Origin: Rhodoferax sp.
Lineage (GTDB): Bacteria; Pseudomonadota; Gammaproteobacteria; Burkholderiales; Burkholderiaceae_C
DNA length: 64,000 nucleotides
Direction of reading: 5' to 3'
NCBI GenBank assembly: GCA_031428695.1
Contig: JANOYE010000093.1
Coordinates: 2,700 to 66,699 of the forward strand
Shown here: piece after piece, positions 63,150 to 64,000 of the stretch
Layout of the letters: the number at the start of each line of letters is the position of its first letter
Position numbering within the stretch: position 1 is the stretch's first letter
Position numbers and translations under genes: made by a program
Notes under the pieces: model-generated
What the model saw: only the letters and a program-made list of their open reading frames with translations
What the model was told of the DNA's origin: nothing
Databases searched by the model: none

Positions 63150-64000
63150 ATGTGCGGAATCACCGGAATATTTGACACGCTCGGCCACAGCGACATCAGC
63201 CGTGCCGTACTGCAGCGCATGAATGATTCGCAGCTGCACCGCGGCCCGGATGAAGGCAGCCTGCACATCGAACCTGGCGTTGGCTTGGGGCATCGCCGCC
63301 TGTCGATCATCGACATAGCGACCGGCCAGCAGCCCTTGTTCAACGAAGACGGCTCGGTGGTTGTCATCTTCAACGGCGAGATTTACAACTACCAGCAGCT
63401 CATCCCCGAATTGCAGGCGCTAGGCCACGTCTTTCACACCAAGAGCGACACCGAGTGCATCGTGCACGCCTGGGAGTCTTGGGGGCCCGATTGCGTCAAG
63501 CGGTTTCGCGGCATGTTCGCCTTCGCTTTGTGGGACCGCAATCAGCAGACGTTTTTCATGGCGCGCGACCGCCTCGGCGTCAAGCCCATGTATTACGCGC
63601 TTTTGGACAACGGCCAACTGCTGTTTGGCTCGGAGCTGAAATCTGTATTGGCACACGGCGGCATGCGCCGCGACATTGATCCCTTGGCGGTGGAAGAATA
63701 TTTCGCCCTCGGTTACGTCGCCGAGCCCCGCACCATCTTCAAACAAGCGCGCAAACTGGGCCCCGGCCACAGTCTGGTGATACGCCGTGGCCAGCCGATT
63801 CCCGCGCCGCACGAATACTGGGACGTGCGATTCACGCTGGACAACCCCATCACGCTGGAAGACGCGCAGGCCGAGTTGGTGGAGCGCCTCAAGGAGTCGG
63901 TCAAGCTGCGCCTGATCGCTGAAGTGCCGCTGGGCGCGTTTTTGTCAGGCGGGGTGGACAGCAGCGCCGTCGTCGCCATGATGGCCGGCCTGAACGCCGA
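63150..64000 (+). CDS. Asparagine synthetase (glutamine-hydrolysing), exosortase-locus type; 3' end beyond the window
   Basis: Not in the ORF track because there is no stop inside the window. My translation from ATG 63150 gives MCGITGIF (Ntn Cys2), GPDEGS, RRLSIIDI, GEIYNY, and the PP-loop SGGVDSS at the window end. Confidence 0.85.
   Translation, partial: MCGITGIFDTLGHSDISRAVLQRMNDSQLHRGPDEGSLHIEPGVGLGHRRLSIIDIATGQQPLFNEDGSVVVIFNGEIYNYQQLIPELQALGHVFHTKSDTECIVHAWESWGPDCVKRFRGMFAFALWDRNQQTFFMARDRLGVKPMYYALLDNGQLLFGSELKSVLAHGGMRRDIDPLAVEEYFALGYVAEPRTIFKQARKLGPGHSLVIRRGQPIPAPHEYWDVRFTLDNPITLEDAQAELVERLKESVKLRLIAEVPLGAFLSGGVDSSAVVAMMAGLNA

Noticed and set aside
1-64000. Search for tRNA, rRNA, CRISPR arrays, integrases, transposases and prophage genes
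   Set aside because: No intergenic gap has tRNA-like cloverleaf potential, a repeat-spacer periodicity, or an ORF with recombinase or transposase motifs. I found none by eye, but I could not run tRNAscan, Infernal or CRISPR finders.

Overview
This is a GC-rich chromosomal window. The protein sequences look betaproteobacterial and Comamonadaceae-like, which is an inference. I saw no rRNA, tRNA, CRISPR array, integrase or transposase. nt 1-24 kb holds a mosaic leucine/isovalerate (liu) catabolic cluster: liuR, liuA, liuB, liuD and liuE. It is interrupted by mazEF, a beta-carbonic anhydrase, an aceK carrying three in-frame TAA stops, a thiolase, two extra acyl-CoA dehydrogenases, a PAS-GGDEF protein, vapBC and several small genes. 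No liuC-type crotonase is present. nt 24-44 kb holds a DUF4212+SSS symporter pair, an MFS transporter, a 1908-aa tandem-fused UvrA paralogue, a cupin, a HAD-IIB hydrolase, prfC, parDE, an SAH riboswitch followed by ahcY, tlyA and metF, an orphan nucleotidyltransferase-fold gene and an EamA transporter. nt 44.6-64 kb holds a PEP-CTERM protein with a sigma54-type promoter, a ThiF-like gene, an epimerase, an LMW-PTP and a canonical exosortase A (XrtA) exopolysaccharide locus that runs off the right edge. The most unusual signal is at the DNA level. A 45-bp AT-rich composite motif (YAAGTCWCG-N17-GCT-N10-TAGCRA) occurs nine times on both strands. Four copies sit in AT-rich intergenic islands. The others lie in or next to coding sequence: inside liuB, the HAD gene and tlyA, across the can stop codon, and in the uncertain 5' end of the ygjP-like gene. 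Other notable points are an in-frame GC-rich hairpin insertion in liuA, the aceK nonsense codons and the single-chain UvrA pseudo-dimer.
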